A DNA stretch of 50,055 bases from Hormoscilla sp. (GTDB lineage Bacteria > Cyanobacteriota > Cyanobacteriia > Cyanobacteriales > Desertifilaceae), in assembly GCA_051439505.1 (NCBI GenBank), contig JBFRWI010000033.1, positions 1-50,055 of the forward strand. Reading direction: 5' to 3'. Positions 39,671 to 48,818 of the stretch are shown here, in pieces; the stretch's first letter is position 1; each line of letters starts with the position of its first letter. The translations under genes were made by a program, and so were the position numbers. The notes beneath the pieces were generated by a model. The model was not told the origin of the DNA, made no database searches, and saw only the letters and a program-made list of their open reading frames with translations.

Positions 39671-40156
39671 ATGATGATGAATATCAGAATTGGTAACGGT
39701 TACGATATCCATCAGCTGGGTGCGGGACGCCCGCTGATCTTGGGAGGGGTGAATATTCCCCATGAGTTGGGACTGCTGGGACATTCTGATGCTGATGTCC
39801 TGACTCATGCAATTATGGATGCGATGTTGGGGGCTTTGAGTCTGGGAGATATTGGCCATTATTTCCCTCCTTCTGACCCCCAGTGGGCGGGGGTTGATAG
39901 TCTGGTTTTGCTCACACAGGTAAATCAGTTAATTGTTGACCGGGACTGGCAGGTGGGAAATATTGACTCGGTGGTGGTGGCGGAACGCCCGAAACTTAAG
40001 CCCCATATTTCCCAAATGCGCGATCGCCTCTCCACTGTCCTGGCAGTAAAACCGGACCAAATTGGCATTAAGGCTACCACTAATGAGAAGTTAGGACCTG
40101 TGGGACGAGAAGAGGGAATTGCAGCTTATGCTGTGGTGTTACTTGAAAAGAAATAA
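39671..40156 (+). CDS. ispF: 2-C-methyl-D-erythritol 2,4-cyclodiphosphate synthase
   Basis: [33 protein letters not shown]. Confidence 0.98.
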   Translation: MMMNIRIGNGYDIHQLGAGRPLILGGVNIPHELGLLGHSDADVLTHAIMDAMLGALSLGDIGHYFPPSDPQWAGVDSLVLLTQVNQLIVDRDWQVGNIDSVVVAERPKLKPHISQMRDRLSTVLAVKPDQIGIKATTNEKLGPVGREEGIAAYAVVLLEKK

Positions 40157-40177
40157 TCCTGGAAAGTAGGAGAGAAG

Positions 40178-40750
40178 ATGATGGAAACTTATTATGAAGC
40201 GGCGATGCGAACAAAATTCCGCATTGTTCTCGCTGCATCTGGGGAGGATAATGGGGCAAAGCGTCAATGGGAAACGGCCCTGCGCCGGGTCTTTCAAAGC
40301 GTGGCGATCGACTCTGAAGAGAGAATAGTGATGTTAATTGAAGCCCAAAGTAGAGCGATAACAGAACTGGACAAAAAGGATTTCCTTGGCTACTTGAAAG
40401 CCGCTGAAGGTGTAATTCCTTTTGGGATGATGATTGACAAGGAGGACATACAGATTTATGCTATAGACAGTGCGAATCTGTACGAACCAATTTGTACGCT
40501 GAAAGTAGTAGATGTGCTTGGCCGTTATGACCCGGAAATTGGCAAAAGGCAGAAGTCGCCCTATGGTCTGAGTGGGGATTACTTGAGTGGAATGGCAGAA
40601 TCGTGGCTGGATGACTTGGCATATAAATGGAAGTCGGAAAGCCCTCCGGCATCAGAAAAAATGGCAGCGATCGGTTTATTGCCGTTGCTAGAAGGTGGTA
40701 CAACAAGAACAGACGTGGAGATTAGAATTGATATTCTACATAGAAACTAA
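40178..40750 (+). CDS. Hypothetical protein 'A' copy 1 (possible degenerate restriction-endonuclease-like fold)
   Basis: AGGAG RBS; three close paralogues in tandem; overlaps the downstream PIN start. Confidence 0.85.
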   Translation: MMETYYEAAMRTKFRIVLAASGEDNGAKRQWETALRRVFQSVAIDSEERIVMLIEAQSRAITELDKKDFLGYLKAAEGVIPFGMMIDKEDIQIYAIDSANLYEPICTLKVVDVLGRYDPEIGKRQKSPYGLSGDYLSGMAESWLDDLAYKWKSESPPASEKMAAIGLLPLLEGGTTRTDVEIRIDILHRN

Positions 40751-41327
40751 CTTCCTGATTAGCATTGCTACAGGACGGGACCCCGAAGCAGGGACTCTGC
40801 TGGCCAACCCACCAGCATCGGTACAAATAGCGATTCCGGGCATTTGCTGCTTGGAAGCATTATCAGTATTAGAACAGGATAAAAAGTCTCGCAAAAATTT
40901 TGAGCAACAACTCAACATTCAAATCAACGAGGCACAGCGAAATCTCATTTCGCCTCACGCCCGGTCTCTCTTATTCCACTTACGACAGGCCCGCACGGAG
41001 AATGAGGCGCTAATTAAGGATGTCGAGTCGAGTTTGTTTGAAGCCCAAAGTCAGATAGAGACAAAGGCTGAACTGATTGCGTTAACTAGCGATATGCTAC
41101 AGTCAAGCAGGGGTAAAACTATCATTACGGATAGTACGGATAATTTAATTCTGCATTGCATCCGGGCCCACGCCCGCGTTCATCCAACGGACGTGAAGGT
41201 GTTTCTGAGTGGTAATGTTAATGATTTTGGCACGTCGGAAGTGCGAGAAGCCTTGCGTCAGGCGGGAGTGAGTCATTATTTCAGTCGGACTCAAGATTTT
41301 ATCGGTTGGCTACAATCTCAAGCCTAA
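40728..41327 (+). CDS. PIN-domain protein 'B' copy 1
   Basis: TTG start after GGAG; IFYIETNF, CCLEA, TDNLIL, FLSGNVNDF acidic PIN pattern. Confidence 0.85.
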   Translation: MIFYIETNFLISIATGRDPEAGTLLANPPASVQIAIPGICCLEALSVLEQDKKSRKNFEQQLNIQINEAQRNLISPHARSLLFHLRQARTENEALIKDVESSLFEAQSQIETKAELIALTSDMLQSSRGKTIITDSTDNLILHCIRAHARVHPTDVKVFLSGNVNDFGTSEVREALRQAGVSHYFSRTQDFIGWLQSQA

Positions 41328-41369
41328 GAGAATATGATAGAATATTAGCATAAGCAATGAGGAGACAAG

Positions 41370-41951
41370 ATGATTGAAACTTATTATGAAGCGGCGATGC
41401 GAACAAAATTCCGTATCGTTCTCCCGGCAACTTGCACGGAGAATGGGGGAAAAGGGCGATCGCGTGAATGGGAAACGGCCCTGCGCCGGGTCTTTCAAAG
41501 CGTGGCGATCGACTCGGAGGAGAGAATAGTCATGTTAATTGAAGCCCAAAGTAGAGCGATAACAGAACTGGATAAAAAGGATTTCCTTGGCTATTTGAAA
41601 GCCGCTCAAGGTGTAATTCCTTTTGGGATGATGATTGACAAAGAGGAGATGCAGATATATGCTATAGACAGTGCAAATCTGTACGAACCAGTTTGCACGC
41701 TGAAAGTAGTAGATGTGCTTGGCCGTTATGACCCGGAAATCGGGAACAAGCAGAAGTCGCCCTTTGGTCTGGGGCGGTCTTACTTGGCGGGAAAAGTTCA
41801 ATCGTGGCTGCGGGATTTGGTATCTAATTGGAAGTCGGAGATTCCCCCAGCCTTAGACCAGATGAAAGCGATCGGTTTATTACCGTTGCTTGCAGGTGGA
41901 CATACAGAATCAGATGTGGAGGTTAGAATTGATATTCTACATAGAAACTAA
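41370..41951 (+). CDS. Hypothetical protein 'A' copy 2
   Basis: GAGGAG RBS; paralogue of 40178-40750. Confidence 0.85.
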   Translation: MIETYYEAAMRTKFRIVLPATCTENGGKGRSREWETALRRVFQSVAIDSEERIVMLIEAQSRAITELDKKDFLGYLKAAQGVIPFGMMIDKEEMQIYAIDSANLYEPVCTLKVVDVLGRYDPEIGNKQKSPFGLGRSYLAGKVQSWLRDLVSNWKSEIPPALDQMKAIGLLPLLAGGHTESDVEVRIDILHRN

Positions 41952-42528
41952 CTTTTTGATGAGCATTGCGACCGGACGCGATCCTCAAGCAGGAACTCTG
42001 CTGCAAAATCCCCCAGAGTCAGTGCAGATAGCAATTCCTAGCATTTGCTGTCTGGAAGCATTATCAGCTTTGGAAGAGGATGAAAAATCCCGCCGCCGTT
42101 TAGAACAACAGCTGAACATTCAAATCAGGCAAGCAGAGAGAAATCTCATCTCGCCCACAGCCCAGTCTTTGCAGCTTAACTTAGAGCAAGCTAGCGACGC
42201 TAATCAGATGCTAATTGGAGAAACTGAAATGCGTATGGTTGAAGCCCTTAACCAGATCGCAACCAAGGTAGAGCTAATTGCTTTGAGGACTGATATGCTA
42301 CAATCGAGCTTGAGTCAAACTATCATTAAAGACCGTACTGACAACTTGATTTTACACTGTATCTTGGGACACGCCCGCGATCGCCCTACCGAAGAGAAGG
42401 TGTTCCTAAGCGGGAATGTTAATGATTTTGGTGTGCCGGGAGTCCGAGAAGCCTTGCGTCAGGCTGGGGTGAGTGAGTATTTCAGTCGGACTCAAGATTT
42501 CCTGGGTTGGTTGCAATCTCAAACCTAA
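41929..42528 (+). CDS. PIN-domain protein 'B' copy 2
   Basis: TTG start after GGAGG; same motifs as copy 1. Confidence 0.85.
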   Translation: MIFYIETNFLMSIATGRDPQAGTLLQNPPESVQIAIPSICCLEALSALEEDEKSRRRLEQQLNIQIRQAERNLISPTAQSLQLNLEQASDANQMLIGETEMRMVEALNQIATKVELIALRTDMLQSSLSQTIIKDRTDNLILHCILGHARDRPTEEKVFLSGNVNDFGVPGVREALRQAGVSEYFSRTQDFLGWLQSQT

Positions 42529-42573
42529 CAGAGTATGATAGAATATTAGCATCAGCAGCAATAAGGAGACAAA

Positions 42574-43155
42574 ATGATGGAAACTTATGAGGAAGCGGCG
42601 AGGCGAACTAAATTTCGGATTGTGCTCCCGGCAACTAGCACAGAAAATGGGTATAATGGCCGATCGGGGAAATGGAAAATCGCCCTGCGGCGGGTCTTTC
42701 AAAGCGTGGCGATCGACTCGGAGGAGAGAGTCTTCATGTTAATTAAATCCCAAGGGAGAGAGATGACGCAACTGGGCAAAGAGGAGTTCATTGGCTACCT
42801 GAAAGCAGCTCAAGGGGTAATTCCCTTTGGGATGATAGTTGACAAAGAAGAGATTCAGATATATGCTATAGACAGTGCAAATCTGTACGAACCAATTTGC
42901 ACGCTGAAAGTAGTAGAGGTGCTCTGTCGTTATGACCCGGAAATTGGTAACAAGCAGAAGTCGCCCTACCACTTGAATGCTAGCTACCTAGTGGGAAGAG
43001 TAGAATCTTGGCTGGATGACTTGGCCTATCGCTGGAAGTCAGAAATACCTCCAGCAACAGAACAAATGAAAGCGATCGGTTTATTACCGCTGCTCTCCGG
43101 TGGACAGACAAAATCAGACGTGGAGATTAGAATTGATATTCTACATAGAAACTAA
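42574..43155 (+). CDS. Hypothetical protein 'A' copy 3 (its PIN partner is truncated after 7 codons)
   Basis: AAGGAG RBS; similarity to copies 1 and 2 stops at the A stop codon. Confidence 0.85.
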   Translation: MMETYEEAARRTKFRIVLPATSTENGYNGRSGKWKIALRRVFQSVAIDSEERVFMLIKSQGREMTQLGKEEFIGYLKAAQGVIPFGMIVDKEEIQIYAIDSANLYEPICTLKVVEVLCRYDPEIGNKQKSPYHLNASYLVGRVESWLDDLAYRWKSEIPPATEQMKAIGLLPLLSGGQTKSDVEIRIDILHRN

Positions 43156-43231
43156 GTTATTAAGATGTAGCTGGCTGCGCAAAGTATATATTGATATATA
43201 CTCAAAAGTAGAGAGAATGAGTGAATTGACT

Positions 43232-45004
43232 ATGATGTTAAAAAAAAGGCAGAATTTACTTACGGTTTTCCTGGCATTGATAACGGCGATCGCCCTTAGC
43301 GGTTGCAACTCGACCTACTTCGCAACAGCAGTCGATCGCACGCCTCGTTTGGTGCAGAGCGTTCTGACAGACCCCAACAGTTTTAACTATGTGATCAGTA
43401 AAGGCGCACCGAACGTTTTTGGACTGATTTACCAAGGGTTAATCGGTCAAGATGGCATCACGGGCGAAGTTGAACCTGCTTTAGCAGAATCTTGGGAAAT
43501 CTCAGAAGATTATCAGCGGATCGTTTTTACCCTGCGGGAAGGACTGAAATGGTCTGATGGAGAGCCCCTGACTGTAGATGATGTAATTTTTACCTACAAT
43601 GAGATCTACTTCAACGAAAAAATTGATAGCGATATCAAAGACATTCTCAAAATTGGCGAAGAACGGGCCCTCCCGACTGTGAGAAAATTGGATGACAAAC
43701 GGGTAGAATTTACTGTCCCTCAACCTTTTGCTCCGTTTTTGCGCAATACGGGGGTGCCCATTTTACCCGCCCATGCTTTGCGAGAATCGGTATACAGTTA
43801 TGATTCTCAGGGAAACCCGAAGTTTCTCTCTACCTGGGGAACGGATACCGATCCTGCTAAAATTATCTGCAATGGACCCTATACCCTGGAGAGCTATGTT
43901 CCCAGTCAACGAGTCACTTTTCGCCGTAACCCCTATTTCTGGCGTCAGGACTCCGAGGGCAATTCTCAACCTTATATTGAGCGAGTGGTCTGGGAAATTG
44001 TCGAATCAACGGATAACGCATTTCTGCAATTTCGTTCTGGCGGGTTGGACTCCCTCAGCGTCTCGCCCGAATATTTCTCTCTGCTGAAGCAAGAGGAAGC
44101 CCGAGGAAAGTTTACTATCTATCTCGGGGGCCCGACCCTGACTACTACTTTCTTGGTGTTTAATCTCAATCAAGCAAAAAATCAAAGCGGCGAACCCTTT
44201 GTAGACCCGGTTAAGTCCAGTTGGTTTAATACTAAAGAATTCCGACAGGCGGTTGCTTACGGGATCGATCGCCAGAAAATGATTAACAATGTTTACCGGG
44301 GACTGGGAGAACCGCAAATATCCCCCGTTTACAAGCAAAGTCCTTACTATATAGGTGCCGAACAAGGTCTGCATGTTTATGAACATGACCCTCAAAAAGC
44401 TAAGGAGTTGCTGCGATCGGCAGGATTTAAGTATAATCAGGAAGGAGAGTTGTTTGATGCCCAGGGAAATAGGGTCCGCTTTATAGTAATGACTAATGCT
44501 GGCAATAAACTCCGGGAGGCGATCGGGGTACAAATTCAGCAAGATTTGGGTAAAATTGGCATGCAGGTAGATTTCACCGCTATCAGTTTTAATACTCTCA
44601 TAGACAAGGTTTACAGTCAGCGCAGCTGGGAGAGTTATATTGGCGGTATTGGTGGCGGTGGCATAGAACCGAATGCGGCGGCAAATCTCTGGTTAACTGA
44701 AGGTGGGTTGCATACTTTTAATATGGGCCCCCAAGAGGGTCAACCTCCTATAGATGGTTGGACTGTTTCTGACTGGGAATTGGAAATCGAACGGCTTTAT
44801 CTTAAAGGTGCTGGGGAACTTGATGACGCTAAGCGCAAGGAAATTTATGCCCAGACTCAACGGATAACTCAGGAAAATCTGCCCTTTATATTTTTGGTTA
44901 ATCCCCTGTCCATGACTGCCGTGCGCGATCGCGTTCAACCCATCAAATACTCCGCCCTGGGAGGTGCCTTCTGGAACATTCACGAACTGCAAATTGTAGA
45001 ATAG
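43232..45004 (+). CDS. Peptide/nickel ABC transporter substrate-binding lipoprotein (SBP family 5)
   Basis: Lipobox IALSGC, EPALAESW, LREGLKWSDGEPLT.DDV.FT; true start at 43217-43235. Confidence 0.93.
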   Translation: MMLKKRQNLLTVFLALITAIALSGCNSTYFATAVDRTPRLVQSVLTDPNSFNYVISKGAPNVFGLIYQGLIGQDGITGEVEPALAESWEISEDYQRIVFTLREGLKWSDGEPLTVDDVIFTYNEIYFNEKIDSDIKDILKIGEERALPTVRKLDDKRVEFTVPQPFAPFLRNTGVPILPAHALRESVYSYDSQGNPKFLSTWGTDTDPAKIICNGPYTLESYVPSQRVTFRRNPYFWRQDSEGNSQPYIERVVWEIVESTDNAFLQFRSGGLDSLSVSPEYFSLLKQEEARGKFTIYLGGPTLTTTFLVFNLNQAKNQSGEPFVDPVKSSWFNTKEFRQAVAYGIDRQKMINNVYRGLGEPQISPVYKQSPYYIGAEQGLHVYEHDPQKAKELLRSAGFKYNQEGELFDAQGNRVRFIVMTNAGNKLREAIGVQIQQDLGKIGMQVDFTAISFNTLIDKVYSQRSWESYIGGIGGGGIEPNAAANLWLTEGGLHTFNMGPQEGQPPIDGWTVSDWELEIERLYLKGAGELDDAKRKEIYAQTQRITQENLPFIFLVNPLSMTAVRDRVQPIKYSALGGAFWNIHELQIVE

Positions 45005-45198
45005 TAAATTGAGAATAGTAAATTGAGAATAGTAAATTGAGAATTGAGAATGGAGAAGGGAGAATGGAGAAGGGAGAATTGAGAAGGGAGAATTGAGAAG
45101 GGAGAATTGAGAATGGAGAATTGAGAATGGAGAATTGAGAATGGAGAAGGGAGAAGGGAGAATTGAGAAGGGAGAAGGGAGAATTGAGAATTGAGAAT
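44998..45198. repeat. Long heptamer STRR (GAGAATT/GAGAAGG/GAGAATG)n
   Basis: About 28 tandem units fill the whole intergenic space. Confidence 0.95.
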
Positions 45199-46963
45199 GA
45201 GGAAGACAATCTGCGCGATCGCCCTAATCATAATCACCCAGGTGAGTATCGTCAGTTGCACTCCCCGGGAAATACCTAGAACATCCCAACTGGTGCTTGC
45301 TACCCTGAGTGACCCCAAAACCTTTAACCCGGCACTGAACCAGGAATTTCCCAATATTTTTATCTTCGCCTTTGAGGGGTTGACTAGGGAAAATGGCATC
45401 ACGGGGGAAATAGAACCCGCCTTAGCAGAATCTTGGGAAATATCCCCAGACAAGAAACGAGTTGTTTTCACCCTCAGAAAAGGATTAAAATGGTCTGATG
45501 GTCAACCCCTGACAGCGGATGATGTTGTCTTTACCTACAAGGAGGTAGTCTTTAACCCGGACATTCCTACAGATGCTAAAGATCCCTTGCGCATAGGGGA
45601 AAAGCGCTCATTTCCGACAGTCAGAAAACTGGGCGATCCTCGCCTGATTGAATTTACCCTTCCCGAACCATTTGCGCCCTTTCTGAGAGCGACTGGAGTG
45701 AGCATTTTACCAGCACATGTGCTCCGAAAATCAGTGCGTTCCCTGGATGCAGAGGGAAATCCCCAGTTTACTTCCACTTGGCATACGGGTACGAAACCAT
45801 CAGAAATTGTAGTTAACGGTCCTTACAAAATTGAGAGTTATAATGCTAGCGAACGAGTAATATTCACCCGCAACCCTTATTACTGGCGTCAAGATGCAGA
45901 GGGAAATCAACTTCCCTACATTGACCGGATTGTCTGGCAAATGGTAGAATCGACGGAAACCCAACTACTGCAATTTCGATCGGGGGCATTAGATATTATG
46001 GGAGATGCCCGTCCCCTGCGTCCGGAATATTTTTCTTTGTTGAAGCGCGAGGAAAAGCGCGGCAAGTTTACGATTAAGATTGGCGGACCATCATCCAGTA
46101 CGACATTTATGGCCTTCAACCTCAATCAAGCTAAAAATGCCAGGGGAGAAGCATTTGTAGACCCAGTTAAGTCCCGCTGGTTTAATAGCAAAGAATTTAG
46201 ACAGGCAGTTGCTTATGCCCTCGATCGCACTTCGATGGTTAACAACACCTTTCGCGGCATAGGCGTCCTGGAGAACTCCCCCGTTTCGGTGCAAAGTCCT
46301 TACTTTCTCTCTCCCGAAGCGGGGTTAAAGGTTTATGAATACAATCGGCAAAAGGCGCAAGAGTTGCTGACCTCAGCAGGATTCTACTATGATAAACAAG
46401 GGTTACTGTTGGATAGCCAGGGAAATCAGGTGCGCTTTACCCTGCTGACAAATGCGGGCAATAAAGTTCGCGAGGCGATCGGGGTGCAGGTCAAGCAAGA
46501 TTTAAGTAAAATAGGCATACAGGTGGATTTTCGCCCGATCGCCTTCAGCACCCTGGTCAGCAAGTTGACCAACAGCAGGGATTGGGAAGCTCATATAATC
46601 GGTTTTACAGGTGGAGTAGAGCCCCATAATAGCGCCAATCTCTGGACCAGCAGCGGCGGTTCCCATCTGTTTAATCAAGGACCGCAAGCAGGAGAAACAT
46701 CCATTCAAGCTTGGCAGGTTTCCGACTGGGAACGGGAAATAGACCGACTTTTTGTCCAAGGGGCCCAAGAGTTAGACGAAGAAAAGCGTAAAATGATCTA
46801 TGGTGAGTTTCAGCAAGTAGTCCAGGAGCAAGTCCCCATGATATTCTTGGTGAAGGAAGTGGCGATGATGGCAGTGCGCGATCGGGTTACGGGGTTAAAA
46901 TACTCGGGACTGCCCAGCTGGGGACTATGGAATATCTATGAAGTGAAAATTGATGAGAATTAA
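45197..46963 (+). CDS. Peptide/nickel ABC transporter substrate-binding lipoprotein, tandem paralogue
   Basis: Lipobox IVSC, LSDPKTFN, EPALAESW, KWSDGQPLTADDV. Confidence 0.93.
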   Translation: MRKTICAIALIIITQVSIVSCTPREIPRTSQLVLATLSDPKTFNPALNQEFPNIFIFAFEGLTRENGITGEIEPALAESWEISPDKKRVVFTLRKGLKWSDGQPLTADDVVFTYKEVVFNPDIPTDAKDPLRIGEKRSFPTVRKLGDPRLIEFTLPEPFAPFLRATGVSILPAHVLRKSVRSLDAEGNPQFTSTWHTGTKPSEIVVNGPYKIESYNASERVIFTRNPYYWRQDAEGNQLPYIDRIVWQMVESTETQLLQFRSGALDIMGDARPLRPEYFSLLKREEKRGKFTIKIGGPSSSTTFMAFNLNQAKNARGEAFVDPVKSRWFNSKEFRQAVAYALDRTSMVNNTFRGIGVLENSPVSVQSPYFLSPEAGLKVYEYNRQKAQELLTSAGFYYDKQGLLLDSQGNQVRFTLLTNAGNKVREAIGVQVKQDLSKIGIQVDFRPIAFSTLVSKLTNSRDWEAHIIGFTGGVEPHNSANLWTSSGGSHLFNQGPQAGETSIQAWQVSDWEREIDRLFVQGAQELDEEKRKMIYGEFQQVVQEQVPMIFLVKEVAMMAVRDRVTGLKYSGLPSWGLWNIYEVKIDEN

Positions 46964-47008
46964 GAAACCAGGTTGATGAGTAGGGTGGGCACCGCCCACC
47001 AGAACTGT

Positions 47009-47049
47009 GGGTGTGGTATTTTTTTACCAACTGGTGCAAGACCACACCC
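47009..47049. terminator. Hairpin between convergent genes, with ends matching the MITE TIR
   Basis: GGGTGTGGT…ACCACACCC. Confidence 0.5.
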
Positions 47050-47093
47050 GTTTATAGCTTATATCTTAATTCTGGGATTGAGATGAGATATAT

Positions 47094-48500
47094 TTACACT
47101 CGGCGTGCAATATCAATTTGGTAATCATCCTTAATCTTCCTGAGGGGAAACTGCACGAACTGGGCGGACCCCGTCAGTTTCCAGTCAAACAGGCGCAGCA
47201 GATGAGAAGCGAACAGCTTAGTGACTATCATCGTCATCTGGGCTCCCAGACAGGCGTGGACCCCACCGCCAAAGGGAATGAACTGATACCTCTTGCCCTC
47301 GCCACGCTCTGGTCCAAAGCGATCGGGGTCGAATAGCTGCGGTTTGTGAAAATGATCTGCTATCATGTTAGCAATCCGTGGCTCGGCAATCAGAACCCAG
47401 CCCTTCTCGTATAGCACCCCATCGAGCACCACAGACTTAGTGAGCCGACGGCTAGCAGTTGAACTCGGAGGTAGGGTGCGCAGCGTCTCCTTGATAGTCG
47501 CTTCTAGAAATAGCATCTGCTTCAAATGATCCGGTTCAAACCTGTTGACATGGCTTTGTATACCCATCACCTCTGCTTGCTCTTCTCGCAGCCGCTGCAC
47601 TACCTGTGGGTGTCCCCCCAACTGGTAGATCAGGGAACATACCAGTGCGGAAATGTTGTAGTGTGATGCCCATAGCTGTAGTAGGCATTGGTTCTCTATC
47701 AGGTCATTACTAAATACCCCATCTGGGTTTTCCTGCTGGCCAGCTAGCATCATCGACAGAAAGTCCGCAGTCGGATTAATTGGGCCCTCTTGCCGCCGCC
47801 TGCGAATCACCGCCCTCATGAAGTCGATCAGGGCGGCCCGTGCCTTGAGTCCCCGACCATAGGCTGTCAAACGAGACTTCCACTTCAACAAGCCATAGAA
47901 GCCGTCAAAATATGTCTTATACAAAGCCTTTAGTTCTGCCTGAGAGGAAAGGGGTAGACCCTCGAAGGTGCTAGGATCGGAGTCATTCAAGCTGACTCCC
48001 AGCAGCAGCGGGACGAGCACGTCAAAGCAGATCTTCTCCACTGCCGGGTAGAGTGCTATGCTACTGGGGGTGCTCCAGTCCTGGAGGCCACGCCCGATCG
48101 TCTCATTAATGTGGGGCATATATCCATCAAGGGCGCGACCAGTCAGGCCCGGTCCCAAGGCAGTTTTGCGCTGGCGATGTAAGTCAGGACGCTGAAACAG
48201 GCTGTAGGGACCAAACATGTCCATTGTCGTGGGTGGCAAGGCAATCTCTGTATATTTCATGTCCCCATTAAATGCCATTTGAATTGCCGATTCAGACCCG
48301 ACAAAGACCGTAGTGCCACCAAAGACACCTGTTTTGAAGCAGGGACCGTATTTTTCCAGATTTTGGCGGCAGAAACTATCGGGATTTCCTATGTAATTAA
48401 TTGTATCATACCACTTGGGCTGGCGTGGTGGAGTGGTAGTCCCGGTGGGCGGCACTTGTCCATTCTCCAGTACAACTACCTCGATCTTCTGTTGGTTCAT
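47094..48500 (-). CDS. Cytochrome P450
   Basis: Heme motif FIPFGGGVHACLG, ExxR (ETLR), FDPDRF; atypical I-helix LWASHYNIS. Confidence 0.95.
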   Translation of the reverse strand: MNQQKIEVVVLENGQVPPTGTTTPPRQPKWYDTINYIGNPDSFCRQNLEKYGPCFKTGVFGGTTVFVGSESAIQMAFNGDMKYTEIALPPTTMDMFGPYSLFQRPDLHRQRKTALGPGLTGRALDGYMPHINETIGRGLQDWSTPSSIALYPAVEKICFDVLVPLLLGVSLNDSDPSTFEGLPLSSQAELKALYKTYFDGFYGLLKWKSRLTAYGRGLKARAALIDFMRAVIRRRRQEGPINPTADFLSMMLAGQQENPDGVFSNDLIENQCLLQLWASHYNISALVCSLIYQLGGHPQVVQRLREEQAEVMGIQSHVNRFEPDHLKQMLFLEATIKETLRTLPPSSTASRRLTKSVVLDGVLYEKGWVLIAEPRIANMIADHFHKPQLFDPDRFGPERGEGKRYQFIPFGGGVHACLGAQMTMIVTKLFASHLLRLFDWKLTGSAQFVQFPLRKIKDDYQIDIARRV

Positions 48501-48525
48501 GACAATTTACCTCTATCATTACTTC

Positions 48526-48648
48526 GTCAGTTGTCAGTTGTCAGTTGTCAGTTGTCAGTGGTCAGTGGTCAGTTGTCAGTGGTTAGTGGTCAGTTGTCAG
48601 TTGTTAGTGGTCAGTGGTCAGTTGTCAGTGGTCAGTTGTCAGTTGTTA
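48526..48648. repeat. Heptamer STRR (GTCAGTT/GTCAGTG)n
   Basis: About 17 tandem units. Confidence 0.95.
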
Positions 48649-48690
48649 GCACTTTCCCGATTTATCTGGACATGCTCCCCACCTGTGCTA

Positions 48691-48817
48691 GGGTGTGGTC
48701 ATAAGTAGTTGATAGCAGGTGCATCGCCCGATACATGATCTAGCCCGCGCAGGCGGGCTTGGTTCATGTAGCCGGGCCCTTTAGGGTTCGGGCTACCAAC
48801 GGGTTTTGACCACACCC
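48691..48817. mobile_element. 127-bp MITE with 14-bp TIRs and a 9-bp target-site duplication
   Basis: GGGTGTGGTCATAA … TTTTGACCACACCC flanked on both sides by CCTGTGCTA (48682-48690, 48818-48826). Confidence 0.85.
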
Positions 48818-48818
48818 C

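Noticed and set aside
40178..43155. Diversity-generating retroelement as the source of the variable patches
   Set aside because: No reverse transcriptase in the window and differences are not confined to adenines
43100..43231. 634-aa SBP starting at 43100
   Set aside because: The N-terminal extension derives from the A3/B remnant; the signal peptide and lipobox begin near 43232
44943..45471. ORFs with SILNSQF/SPFSIL repeats; possible CRISPR-like periodicity
   Set aside because: Translations of a heptamer STRR; no unique spacers and no cas genes
48279..48708. ORFs with QLSVVS repeats
   Set aside because: Translations of the (GTCAGTT)n STRR
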